From: Candidatus Aminicenantes bacterium
Lineage (GTDB): Bacteria > Acidobacteriota > Aminicenantia > Aminicenantales > JAFGBC01
NCBI GenBank assembly: GCA_963702005.1
Contig: OY969696.1
Coordinates: 2,752,001-2,816,000, forward strand
Direction of reading: 5' to 3'
Length of the DNA: 64,000 nt
Below, one piece after another: positions 10,008 to 18,635 of the stretch; the stretch's first letter is position 1, and every line of letters begins with the position of its first letter. A model generated the notes under the pieces. It did no database searches. It was not told the origin of the DNA and worked only from the letters and a program-made list of their open reading frames with translations. Position numbers and translations under genes: made by a program.

Positions 10008-11273
10008 ATGGCCGACCTGATCCTGACGTCCGGATTCGAGGACAGCGGCCTTCACCGCATCGACGCCTATCTCGCCCGAGGCGGATATCAGGCCGCCGCC
10101 AAAGCTCTCCGGACGATGACCCCCCGGCAGGTCCTCGAAGAAGTCCAAAAAGCGCAGCTGCGGGGCAGGGGAGGGGCGGGTTTCCCGGCCGGGCTCAAGT
10201 GGAGCTTCGTCAAACCGGTTTCGGGCCGTCCGAACTACCTCTGCGTCAACGCCGACGAGGGCGAACCCGGGACTTTCAAGGACGGATCGCTCCTCCGCCG
10301 CAATCCCCATCTCCTTCTCGAGGGGATGGTGATCGCATCCTTCGCCGCAGGGATTGAAACGGGCTTCGTCTACATCCGCGGAGAATACGAGGATGCGGCC
10401 CGGCGGCTCGAGGAGGCCGCGGCCGAAGCGAGATCGCGCGGCTATCTCGGGCCGGATATCCTCGGAACCGGGCACGGCCTCGATGTCATTATCCACCGCG
10501 GAGCCGGTTCCTATATCTGCGGCGAGGAAACGGCCCTCCTCGAATCCCTCGAAGGGAAACGAGGATTTCCCCGGCTCAAGCCGCCCTTTCCGGCCGCGAT
10601 CGGGCTGTACGGATCCCCGACGGTCATCAACAACGTCGAGACGCTCGCCAATATTCCGGCCGTCATCGTCCTGGGAGCGGAGGCCTTTCTGAAGCTGGGG
10701 CTCGCCAAGGACGGCGGGACGCGACTCTTTTCCGTGAGCGGACACGTCAGAAGGCCCGGCCTCTACGAGTGCCCGCTGGGGACGTCTCTCCGCGATCTCA
10801 TCTTCGAGCGGGCGGGCGGGATAGCCGAGGGCCGGCGACTCAAGGCCGTCATCCCGGGCGGGCTGTCGGCCCCGATTCTCAGGGCCGACGAAATTGACAT
10901 CGCGCTGGATTTCGATTCCCTGGCCGCGGTTCGCTCCATGCTCGGGTCGGCCGCCGTCATCGTCATCGACGAGACGACTCCCATGCTCGAGGTCCTGGCG
11001 GCCGTCGTCCGCTTCTTCGCTCACGAATCCTGCGGCCAGTGCACGCCCTGCCGGATCGGGACCTCGTGGCTGGAGCGGATCGTGGAGCGGATGACCGCCG
11101 GCGCCGGCACGGCCGAGGATCCGGATGAGCTCCTGCGGATCGCCCGCGCGATGCAGGGAAAGACGCTCTGCCCGATGGGCGACGCGGCGGCGCTGCCCGT
11201 CCTCGCCCTCGTCACTAAGTTCCGCGCGGAGCTCCTGGCCCCCGCCGCCGGGTCGCGGACCGGAGGCGCCTGA
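10008..11273 (+). CDS. nuoF: NADH-quinone oxidoreductase subunit F
   Basis: LRGRGGAGFPAGLKW, NADEGEPGTFKD, YICGEETALLESLEG and ESCGQCTPCR...C. Confidence 0.95.
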   Translation: MADLILTSGFEDSGLHRIDAYLARGGYQAAAKALRTMTPRQVLEEVQKAQLRGRGGAGFPAGLKWSFVKPVSGRPNYLCVNADEGEPGTFKDGSLLRRNPHLLLEGMVIASFAAGIETGFVYIRGEYEDAARRLEEAAAEARSRGYLGPDILGTGHGLDVIIHRGAGSYICGEETALLESLEGKRGFPRLKPPFPAAIGLYGSPTVINNVETLANIPAVIVLGAEAFLKLGLAKDGGTRLFSVSGHVRRPGLYECPLGTSLRDLIFERAGGIAEGRRLKAVIPGGLSAPILRADEIDIALDFDSLAAVRSMLGSAAVIVIDETTPMLEVLAAVVRFFAHESCGQCTPCRIGTSWLERIVERMTAGAGTAEDPDELLRIARAMQGKTLCPMGDAAALPVLALVTKFRAELLAPAAGSRTGGA

Positions 11274-11275
11274 TC

Positions 11276-12823
11276 ATGCCCAAAATCGTCGTCGACGGGA
11301 TCACGATCGCGGCCGCCGAAGGGGAGACCATCCTCAAGGCCGCCAAGGGGGCCGGCATCGCCATCCCTCATTTCTGTTTCCACCCGGCCTTCCCGCCCGA
11401 GGGGAGTTGCCGGATGTGCGTCATCGAGGTCGAGGGATGCTCCAAGCTCGAGCTCGCCTGCGCGACCGAAGCCAAAGAGGGGATGATCGTCCGGACCGGA
11501 ACGGATCGGGTCCGTGAAGCCCGGCGGGCCGTCCTCGAATTCCTGCTGACCGAGCATCCCCTCGATTGTCCCGTCTGCGATAAGGCCGGAGAGTGCAGGC
11601 TTCAGGATTATTTTCAGGAGCACGGCCTCGGCCCATCCCGCTTCAACGAAGCCAAGACCAAGCGGGCCAAGCTCGTTCCGATCGGAAACGGCCTCCTCCT
11701 CGACCGTGAGCGCTGCATCCTCTGCACAAGATGCGTCCGGTTCCTGGACCGGGTCACCCGGACGCGGGAACTCGGAGTTTTCGAACGGGGGAACCGTTCG
11801 GAAGTCGGAACCCTGGAGGACCGGCCTGTGGCGACGAACTACGCCGGGAACCTCGTCGACGTCTGCCCGGTCGGCGCGATCACGGACCTTGATTTCCGGT
11901 TCACGACCCGGGCTTGGTTCCTCAAGCCGGTCGCATCGTTCTGCCCTCTCTGCGGACGAGGCTGTGAGGTCTGGATCGACGAGCACCCCGGGTTCGCCCG
12001 GACCGCCCGGGCTAAGCGGATCTTCCGGGTTCGTCCCAAGGAGAATCCGGATCGCAACGGTCCCTGGCTCTGCGATACGGGCCGCCGGGCGTTCAGCAGC
12101 CTCGACCGGAATCGAACTGACAAAGTCCTTTGCAACGAAGGCGGCCGGAAGACGATCCTGAGCTGGGACAAGGCGCTTCTCTGGGCCGGCCGCAAGCTCG
12201 CCGAGCTCTCCACGAAGGGCCGGTCGAACCGTATCGCGGTCGTCCTCAACTCCTTCCTTTCCAATGAAGAGCTCTACCTAGCCGGGCGGTTCTTCAGGGA
12301 TTCGCTCCAGGTCGGATACCTGGCCTTCCTGGATCCCCCGCTGGGGATCCCCGACGGATTCCTGCTGACGTCCCGACGGAGTCCCAACCGGCGGGGAGCC
12401 CGCGAGCTCGGCTTCGACCTGGCGCCTCCGGACTGGGACAGGATCGCCGCTACAGCCGAACTCCTCCTCCTTTTCGCGCATCCCTGCCTGGAGGTCGCGG
12501 CCGAGGATCCGATCCACAAGGCCTGGAGCGGCGTTCGGACCAGGATCCTCCTCACGCCCAGAACGTGCGGACTCGAGGCCGGGGCGGACTTGATTCTCCC
12601 GACCGCGCTCACGGCCGAAAAGGCCGGCTCCTGGACGGACATCGCCGGATCGGCGCGCGTTTTCGAGCCCGTCCTCGAGACGCCGGGTGATGGAGTCGCC
12701 GAGTGGCGGATCTTGGCCGGCCTGGCCCAAGAACTCCGGCTCGAGGGTCTGGCCGGGCTGGAGTCGTTCGCTCGGGTCCGGACGGAACTCGTGCGGGCCC
12801 ATCCTTGCTTCGAGGCGATCTGA
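11276..12823 (+). CDS. nuoG: NADH-quinone oxidoreductase subunit G (short, 515 aa)
   Basis: IPHFC..GSCRMC, HPLDCPVCDKAGECRLQ, CILCTRC..CPVGA and CPLCGRGC..C (N7-type cluster). Confidence 0.9.
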   Translation: MPKIVVDGITIAAAEGETILKAAKGAGIAIPHFCFHPAFPPEGSCRMCVIEVEGCSKLELACATEAKEGMIVRTGTDRVREARRAVLEFLLTEHPLDCPVCDKAGECRLQDYFQEHGLGPSRFNEAKTKRAKLVPIGNGLLLDRERCILCTRCVRFLDRVTRTRELGVFERGNRSEVGTLEDRPVATNYAGNLVDVCPVGAITDLDFRFTTRAWFLKPVASFCPLCGRGCEVWIDEHPGFARTARAKRIFRVRPKENPDRNGPWLCDTGRRAFSSLDRNRTDKVLCNEGGRKTILSWDKALLWAGRKLAELSTKGRSNRIAVVLNSFLSNEELYLAGRFFRDSLQVGYLAFLDPPLGIPDGFLLTSRRSPNRRGARELGFDLAPPDWDRIAATAELLLLFAHPCLEVAAEDPIHKAWSGVRTRILLTPRTCGLEAGADLILPTALTAEKAGSWTDIAGSARVFEPVLETPGDGVAEWRILAGLAQELRLEGLAGLESFARVRTELVRAHPCFEAI

Positions 12824-13899
12824 TGGACATCGGAATTGTCCTGGCTAAGATCGTCGCGGCCCTCGTCTGGTTCCTGACCTTAACGCTTTGGCTGACTTGG
12901 GTCGAGAGGAAGGAGAGCGCCGTTATCCAGGACCGGATCGGAGCCAATCGCGCGTCCATCCTGGGAGTCCGCGTATTCGGACTTTTCCAGCCTCTGGCCG
13001 ACGCCGTCAAGATGATTTTCAAGGAGGATTTCGTCCCGGCTTTTTCCAGTAAGCTCCTTCACGCCCTGGCGCCGTTCTTGTCCTTTTTCTTCGTCGCCGT
13101 CACGATCACGGCGGTCCCCTTCGGCGACAGCCTCCGGATAGCCGGCCGGACCGTCGCCCTCCAGGTCGTCGACGTTTCGGTCGGACTCGTCTTTATCCTG
13201 GCCATGCTGTCGATGGGCATCTACGGCATCCTCCTCAGCGGATGGGCGTCGCGGAACCGCTTCTCGCTCCTGGGGGCGATGCGGGGAGCCGCTCAGCTCA
13301 TCTCCTACGAAGTCGCCCTCGGGTTCTCGCTGGTCGGCCTGGTCATGGTCTTTCCCTCTCTCCGCCTCTCAGACATCGTCCATTTCCAGGGCGGCCTCCT
13401 GTTCGGCTTCCTGCCGCGCTGGGGCGTTTTTCTGCAGCCCTTGGGATTCGTCCTGTTTTTCATCGCCGCCCTGGCCGAGACGAAGCGCGTCCCGTTTGAC
13501 CTGCCCGAGGGAGAGTCGGAGATCATCGGCTTCTTCACCGAATACGGAGGCCTCAAGTGGGGCCTGTTCATGATGACGGACTTCATGGAAGTCATCGTCA
13601 TGTCGGCCCTGATGACGACCCTTTTCTTCGGGGGATGGCAGGTCCCCTGGCTGGGCCCCGCCGGCTTCAGTTTCCCCTGGGGCGGGGAGTGGCTGTTGCC
13701 CCGCGGGATCGTCGTCGCCCTCCAGGTCTCGGCTTTCAACCTCAAGGTCGCATTCGGCTGCTGGCTGCAGGTCCTCATCCGCTGGACCTATCCGCGCCTT
13801 CGCTACGATCAGCTCATGGACTTAGGCTGGAAGATCCTCGTCCCGCTCGGCTTCGTCAACATCGGGCTGACGGCCGTCCTGATCGGAGTCCTGGGATGA
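12823..13899 (+). CDS. nuoH: NADH-quinone oxidoreductase subunit H
   Basis: WVERK..A.IQDRIG, QPLADAVK..KED, AETKRVPFDLPEGESE and PRLRYDQLM. Confidence 0.95.
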   Translation: MDIGIVLAKIVAALVWFLTLTLWLTWVERKESAVIQDRIGANRASILGVRVFGLFQPLADAVKMIFKEDFVPAFSSKLLHALAPFLSFFFVAVTITAVPFGDSLRIAGRTVALQVVDVSVGLVFILAMLSMGIYGILLSGWASRNRFSLLGAMRGAAQLISYEVALGFSLVGLVMVFPSLRLSDIVHFQGGLLFGFLPRWGVFLQPLGFVLFFIAALAETKRVPFDLPEGESEIIGFFTEYGGLKWGLFMMTDFMEVIVMSALMTTLFFGGWQVPWLGPAGFSFPWGGEWLLPRGIVVALQVSAFNLKVAFGCWLQVLIRWTYPRLRYDQLMDLGWKILVPLGFVNIGLTAVLIGVLG

Positions 13900-14377
13900 C
13901 CGTGAAGGAGACCGCCCGTTTCGCGTTCGAGGTCCTGCGGGGGGAGCGATCACGGCCCGCCATTTCGCCGTCAACATGGCTTTCCACATTTTCCGCGCCC
14001 TCGGAATCAGAACCCGGCGGCCGGGCGCCGTCACCATCCAGTATCCGGAGGCGCGAAAACCGGTCGCCGGCCGCCACCGGAGCCTTCACCGGCTCATGAC
14101 CCGCCCCGACGGACGGCCGCGCTGCGTCGCCTGCATGCTGTGCGTGACGGTTTGTCCCTCGGAATGCATCTCGATCGAGGCCGGCGAAGATCCCGATCCC
14201 GAAATTCAGAAGGCGCCGGCCCGGTTCGCGATCGACCTCAGCCGCTGCTGCTTTTGCGGGTTCTGTGTCGAAGCCTGTCCCGAAGACGCCATCCGCATGG
14301 ACACGGGAGTCCTGGAATCGAGCCGGCTCGGCCGCGCCGACCTTAAGGTCGAGCTGTGGCCGAATCGCAAGGACTGA
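13896..14377 (+). CDS. nuoI: NADH-quinone oxidoreductase subunit I, frameshifted in a G6 run at 13939-13944
   Basis: VTIQYPE and two CxxCxxCxxxCP motifs in ORF 13976-14377. The coupled ATG 13896 (MTVKETARFAFEVLRG) joins that frame if one G is added. Confidence 0.88.
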
Positions 14378-14429
14378 GCCCCCCGGTCCGCCGGGCGGGA
14401 ATCGGGGTTACATTCGTTCGCTTCGCGGA

Positions 14430-14457
14430 TTGACATTCGACGGCCGAAGATTATAAT
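14430..14457 (+). promoter_or_regulatory. sigma70 promoter of the malic enzyme gene
   Basis: Perfect TTGACA-16 bp-TATAAT, followed by an AAGGAG RBS. Confidence 0.7.
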
Positions 14458-14496
14458 ACTCTTTCTATTTTTTATCTGCGAAGGAGATCGAACGTT

Positions 14497-15846
14497 ATGA
14501 AAAAAGTTACCGTCGAAGAGTTGCTGGCCAAGGCCGAACAGCCATCGAAAGACGCCCCCCGGCTTCATTCCTTCTACAAGGGCAAGGTCGGCGTCAGCAT
14601 CAAGTGCCGCGTCCGCGACTTCAACGACTTTGCCATTTGGTACACGCCCGGCGTCGCGGCCGTCTGCAAGGAGATCGCGGCCGACAAGCAAAAAGCTTAC
14701 GAATACACCAATAAATGGAACAACGTGGCCGTCATCAGCGACGGCACCCGCGTCCTCGGGCTCGGCGACATCGGTCCCGAGGCCGGCCTGCCGGTCATGG
14801 AAGGCAAGGGGCTGCTCTATAAATACCTGGGCGGCGTCGACGCCTTCCCGATCTGCCTGGACGAAAAAGACGCCGATAAGATCATCGAGATCTGCAAGGC
14901 CCTCCAGCCCTCCTTCGGCGGCTTCAACCTGGAGGACATTTCCCAGCCCAAGTGCTTCAAGATCCTCGACACTCTCCGCGCCGAATGCGAGATTCCTGTC
15001 TGGCACGACGACCAGCAGGGAACGGCCTGCGTCACGGTCGCCGGCCTGGTCAACGCCCTCAAGATCGTCAAGAAGGACATCCGCCAAGTCAAGGTGACCG
15101 TGGTCGGGTCCGGCGCCTCGGGCATCAACATCGCGCGCCTGATCATGGCCGCCGGGGCCAACCCCGCGAACATGCTCTCGGTCGACTCCAAGGGGATTCT
15201 CTCGCGCGACCGCGCCGATCGGGACAACCTCCAGGCTAAGTTCAAGGAGAAGTGGGACATCTGCATGCGGACCAACCCGAAGTGCAAGCAGGGCCAGATT
15301 CCCGACGCCATCAAGGGCGTCGATGTCCTCATCTGCTGCTCGACGCCCGGGCCGGGGACCATCAAACCGGAGTGGATCAAGACCATGGCCAAGGACTCCA
15401 TCGTATTCGCCGAAGCCAACCCCATTCCCGAGATCTGGCCGTGGGAAGCCAAGGAAGCCGGCGCCCGGGTCGTGGCCACCGGCCGCTCCGATTTCCCCAA
15501 CCAGGTCAACAATTCCCTCGGCTTCCCGGGCATCTTCCGCGGCGCCCTCGACGTCCGGGCTAAAACGATCACGGACGAAATGTGCATCGCCGCTGCCCTC
15601 GAGCTGGCCAAGGTCGCCGAGGACAAGGGCATCAGCGAGGACTATATCGTCCCCAACATGGACGAATGGGAGGTCTTCCCGCGCGAGGCGGTGGCCGTCG
15701 GCAGCAAGGCCATCGAACAGGGCGTCGCCCGCTTCAACTTCCCGGCCGATGTCCGTTTCAAGATGGCCGAGGAGACGATCCGCAAGGCCCGCACCGAAGT
15801 CCAGTGGATGATGAAGGAAAAGTTCATCCTCGACCCCGATAAATGA
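14497..15846 (+). CDS. NAD(P)-dependent malic enzyme
   Basis: YTPGVA, SDGTRVLGLGDIGP.A.LPVMEGK, NLEDI, HDDQQGT and ATGRSDFPNQVNN.LGFPGIFRG. Confidence 0.93.
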   Translation: MKKVTVEELLAKAEQPSKDAPRLHSFYKGKVGVSIKCRVRDFNDFAIWYTPGVAAVCKEIAADKQKAYEYTNKWNNVAVISDGTRVLGLGDIGPEAGLPVMEGKGLLYKYLGGVDAFPICLDEKDADKIIEICKALQPSFGGFNLEDISQPKCFKILDTLRAECEIPVWHDDQQGTACVTVAGLVNALKIVKKDIRQVKVTVVGSGASGINIARLIMAAGANPANMLSVDSKGILSRDRADRDNLQAKFKEKWDICMRTNPKCKQGQIPDAIKGVDVLICCSTPGPGTIKPEWIKTMAKDSIVFAEANPIPEIWPWEAKEAGARVVATGRSDFPNQVNNSLGFPGIFRGALDVRAKTITDEMCIAAALELAKVAEDKGISEDYIVPNMDEWEVFPREAVAVGSKAIEQGVARFNFPADVRFKMAEETIRKARTEVQWMMKEKFILDPDK

Positions 15847-15871
15847 TCAGAGCCATAGGCCGCTCCCTTCC

Positions 15872-15900
15872 TTGACAAGGAAGGGGGGGTGTGTTATATA
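15872..15900 (+). promoter_or_regulatory. sigma70 promoter of the lipoprotein/L,D-transpeptidase operon
   Basis: TTGACA-17 bp-TATATA with an extended -10 TG. Confidence 0.7.
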
Positions 15901-15906
15901 GACACT

Positions 15907-16203
15907 CATTACGAAGGATAGGTGCAAGAACCGACATGACGACGACAGGTCGAAGCTCACATCGCGCCGGCGAGGTGGGCTCTTCTTCCTGGGGAGATGA
16001 TCTAGCCCCGCCTTAGCCGTTCACCGACGAATCCCGCCTTAACGAAAGACCCGGCCCGCCCCCGAGGCGAGAGCCCGGGCGTAGTCGAAGGTTCAGTCGG
16101 AGAAGGGATGGAGGTGAGAATGGCCCAGAGGCCGCAAACAGCCACAAAATTTAAAATGTTCTCTATTCCCATTCCCATCAAACACTACCAAAAAGGAGGT
16201 AAC
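15907..16203 (+). other. Long (~300 nt) structured 5' leader or candidate ncRNA
   Basis: Lies between a strong promoter and the lipoprotein start. Hairpin at 15954-15981 and a long imperfect hairpin at 16024-16100. Confidence 0.35.
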
Positions 16204-16803
16204 ATGAAACGTTTGATGAAACATCTGGCACTGGCTTTGACGGTTGCGATCCTGTTCGTGAGCTGCGCCAAACAGCCGACCCAGGAGCTCAACAATGCCA
16301 AGGCCGCGATCGAGGCCGTCGTCGCCGAGAAAGGCGATGTCTACGCCCCGGACGAGGTGAAGAAGCTCAATGACGATCTCCAGGCCGCCAACGACGAAAT
16401 CGCCGCCCAGAGCAAGAAGTTCTTCAAGAAGTACGGCACGGCCAAAGAGATGCTGGTCAAGCTCGTAACCGACGCCGACGCCGTCAAGGGGCTCATCCCG
16501 GCCCGGATCGAAGAGGCCAAGAACAACGCCCTGACCGCCCAGAACGAGGCCAAAGCGGCCGTTGACGAGGCTAAGGCCCTTCTCGAGAAAGCCCCCAAGG
16601 GCAAGGGCACCAAGGCCGACATCGAGGCCATGAAGGCCGACCTGACCGCCGCCGAGACCGCCTTGGCCGAGATCCAGACCGCGCTCGACGCCCAGGACTA
16701 CTTTGGCGCCAAGGACAAGGCCGTCTCCATTAAGGACAAGGCCGCGGCCATCAGCGAGCAGGTCAATCAGGCCATCGCCAAGGTCAAGGGCAAGAAGAAG
16801 TAA
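16204..16803 (+). CDS. Ala/Lys-rich all-helical lipoprotein (DUF4398-like), C-terminus KGKKK
   Basis: AAAGGAGGT RBS, signal peptide with lipobox LFVS-C, heptad-rich body. Confidence 0.8.
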   Translation: MKRLMKHLALALTVAILFVSCAKQPTQELNNAKAAIEAVVAEKGDVYAPDEVKKLNDDLQAANDEIAAQSKKFFKKYGTAKEMLVKLVTDADAVKGLIPARIEEAKNNALTAQNEAKAAVDEAKALLEKAPKGKGTKADIEAMKADLTAAETALAEIQTALDAQDYFGAKDKAVSIKDKAAAISEQVNQAIAKVKGKKK

Positions 16804-16816
16804 CGAACTCGAAGCC

Positions 16817-17917
16817 TTGCGCCGAACGCGACTGATCGCAACGCTTGTCGCCGCCTTAATCGCCTTCGGTTGCAGGACAGGACCACCGGTTCCTCCAGAG
16901 GCCGAAGAGGCCTCAAAGCTCGAATTGTGCCTCTGGAGGGCCGGTGCTTCTGTTTTTGCCGCCGAAGATTACGACGGCTTTCTCGAGCGCCTCAGAGCCG
17001 CCCGGGCCGGCCTGGAACGGGAATCGTTTAAGCTCGGCTGGTTCCGTGACTATAAAACCGTCCGGGCCGACTTTCGCGCCGTCTTGACCCTGGGCGAAGA
17101 CGTCCTGGCCCGGGTCGAAAAGCAAAAAAAAGAAAAGGCGGATTCGTTCGAGACTCAGGCCGAGGTCCTGGCCCGAAGGATCATCGAGCTCCAAGAAACC
17201 ACCCTCCGCCTCAACGAGAAAGGCGAGGCCCGCCAATGCCTGGCCCTGGCCGAGTTGGCCATAGCCGAGGCCCGAGCCCGCAACGCTAAAGCCGCCTTCG
17301 AGGCGATCCCCGGCAAGCTCGAATCCGCCCGCGATTTAATCGCCCGCTCCGAGGCCGTCTTGGCCGCCTTCCTGGAGAGGTACGTGGACCCCGCTCAGGT
17401 CAAGATGTGGAAAAGCTGGGTGGGCAGGACCGTCGAGGAGTCCCGGCAAAGAGGAACGACGGCCTTCGTCGTGAACAAGATCGAGCGGACGATGACCGTC
17501 TACAAGGCCGGAAAGCCCTTACGGGTCTTCGACGTCGGCCTGGGGATGAACGGATTCTCGGACAAACTCCATTCGGGGGACAATGCGACCCCGGAAGGTA
17601 TCTATAAAATCATCAAGAAGATCCCCAACAGCCAGTATCGTAGGGCCCTTCTCATTAATTACCCGAACGAAGAGGACCGGGCCCGCTTCGAAAAGGCCAA
17701 GAAAGACGGACGCCTCAATCCCGAGACGGGAATCGGAGGCTTGATCGAGATCCACGGCGGCGGCAAGGACACCCTGACCCGGGGCTGCATCGCCCTCGAG
17801 GACGCGGACATGGACGCCCTCTACGCCCTGGCGGTCGCCGGGACGCCGGTCACCATCGTCGGCTCCCTCGAAACCGACCATCCCATTCTCGCCACCGTCA
17901 AGAAGAAACTCCAATGA
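16817..17917 (+). CDS. L,D-transpeptidase (YkuD domain) lipoprotein with an N-terminal helical stalk
   Basis: Probable TTG start, lipobox AFG-C, TPEGIY and catalytic IEIHGG...TRGCIAL. Confidence 0.85.
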   Translation: MRRTRLIATLVAALIAFGCRTGPPVPPEAEEASKLELCLWRAGASVFAAEDYDGFLERLRAARAGLERESFKLGWFRDYKTVRADFRAVLTLGEDVLARVEKQKKEKADSFETQAEVLARRIIELQETTLRLNEKGEARQCLALAELAIAEARARNAKAAFEAIPGKLESARDLIARSEAVLAAFLERYVDPAQVKMWKSWVGRTVEESRQRGTTAFVVNKIERTMTVYKAGKPLRVFDVGLGMNGFSDKLHSGDNATPEGIYKIIKKIPNSQYRRALLINYPNEEDRARFEKAKKDGRLNPETGIGGLIEIHGGGKDTLTRGCIALEDADMDALYALAVAGTPVTIVGSLETDHPILATVKKKLQ

Positions 17918-18633
17918 ACGAAGGAATCCCAGTTTCGCCCTTCCCGGAAACCACGGCCTTTCCCGTTCCCCACGGCCCCCGGCCTCCTTCCCGCTGGAAG
18001 AAACCCCTCCTGGGCGCGGTCGCCGGCCTGGCCGCCTTGTTCATTATCGCGGAGATCGCCGGAATCATCCTGATGAGCCGGAAGATCGGGGCCGTCGAGC
18101 CGGCCGCCACGGCCGAATTGACCGAAAAGGACATCGCCCGCCTGCCGGCCAAGAAAAAGGATTTGGAGCGGAAGCTGGCCGGCCTGGCGCCGCGCGGCAG
18201 CTACATCGTCATCGACTCCGGACTCAACATCTTGACCCTGCGCAAGGGCGGCGAAATCCAACAGCAGGCCGTCGTCTCCTGCGGCAGCGGCGACATCCTG
18301 CAAGAGCCGAACGGAAAACGAAGCTGGGTATTCGATACGCCGCGGGGTGAGTTCGCCGTCAAGTCCAAGCTCATCGATCCCGATTGGATCAAGCCCGATT
18401 GGGCTTTCATCGAGGAAGGGGAGACCCCTCCTAAGAAGTTCGAGGACCGCGTCGACACCGGGATGCTCGGCGACTATGCCCTCGGCTTCGGCAACGGTTA
18501 TTTCATCCACGGAACCCTTTATACGCGCCTCCTGGGACGGAACGTAACCCACGGCTGCATTCGGGTCGGGGACAAGGACCTGGAAGCCGTTTTCAAGGTC
18601 GTCCCGATAGGCGCCAAGATTTATATCTTTTAA
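17914..18633 (+). CDS. L,D-transpeptidase (YkuD), N-terminal membrane anchor
   Basis: One TM helix, YIVID, TPRGEF and catalytic FIHGT...VTHGCIRV. Confidence 0.88.
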   Translation: MNEGIPVSPFPETTAFPVPHGPRPPSRWKKPLLGAVAGLAALFIIAEIAGIILMSRKIGAVEPAATAELTEKDIARLPAKKKDLERKLAGLAPRGSYIVIDSGLNILTLRKGGEIQQQAVVSCGSGDILQEPNGKRSWVFDTPRGEFAVKSKLIDPDWIKPDWAFIEEGETPPKKFEDRVDTGMLGDYALGFGNGYFIHGTLYTRLLGRNVTHGCIRVGDKDLEAVFKVVPIGAKIYIF

Positions 18634-18635
18634 CA

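Noticed and set aside
15907-16203. Assignment of the leader to the c-di-AMP (ydaO) riboswitch or 6S RNA
   Set aside because: I could not find the conserved motifs by eye, so it is kept only as an unassigned structured leader.
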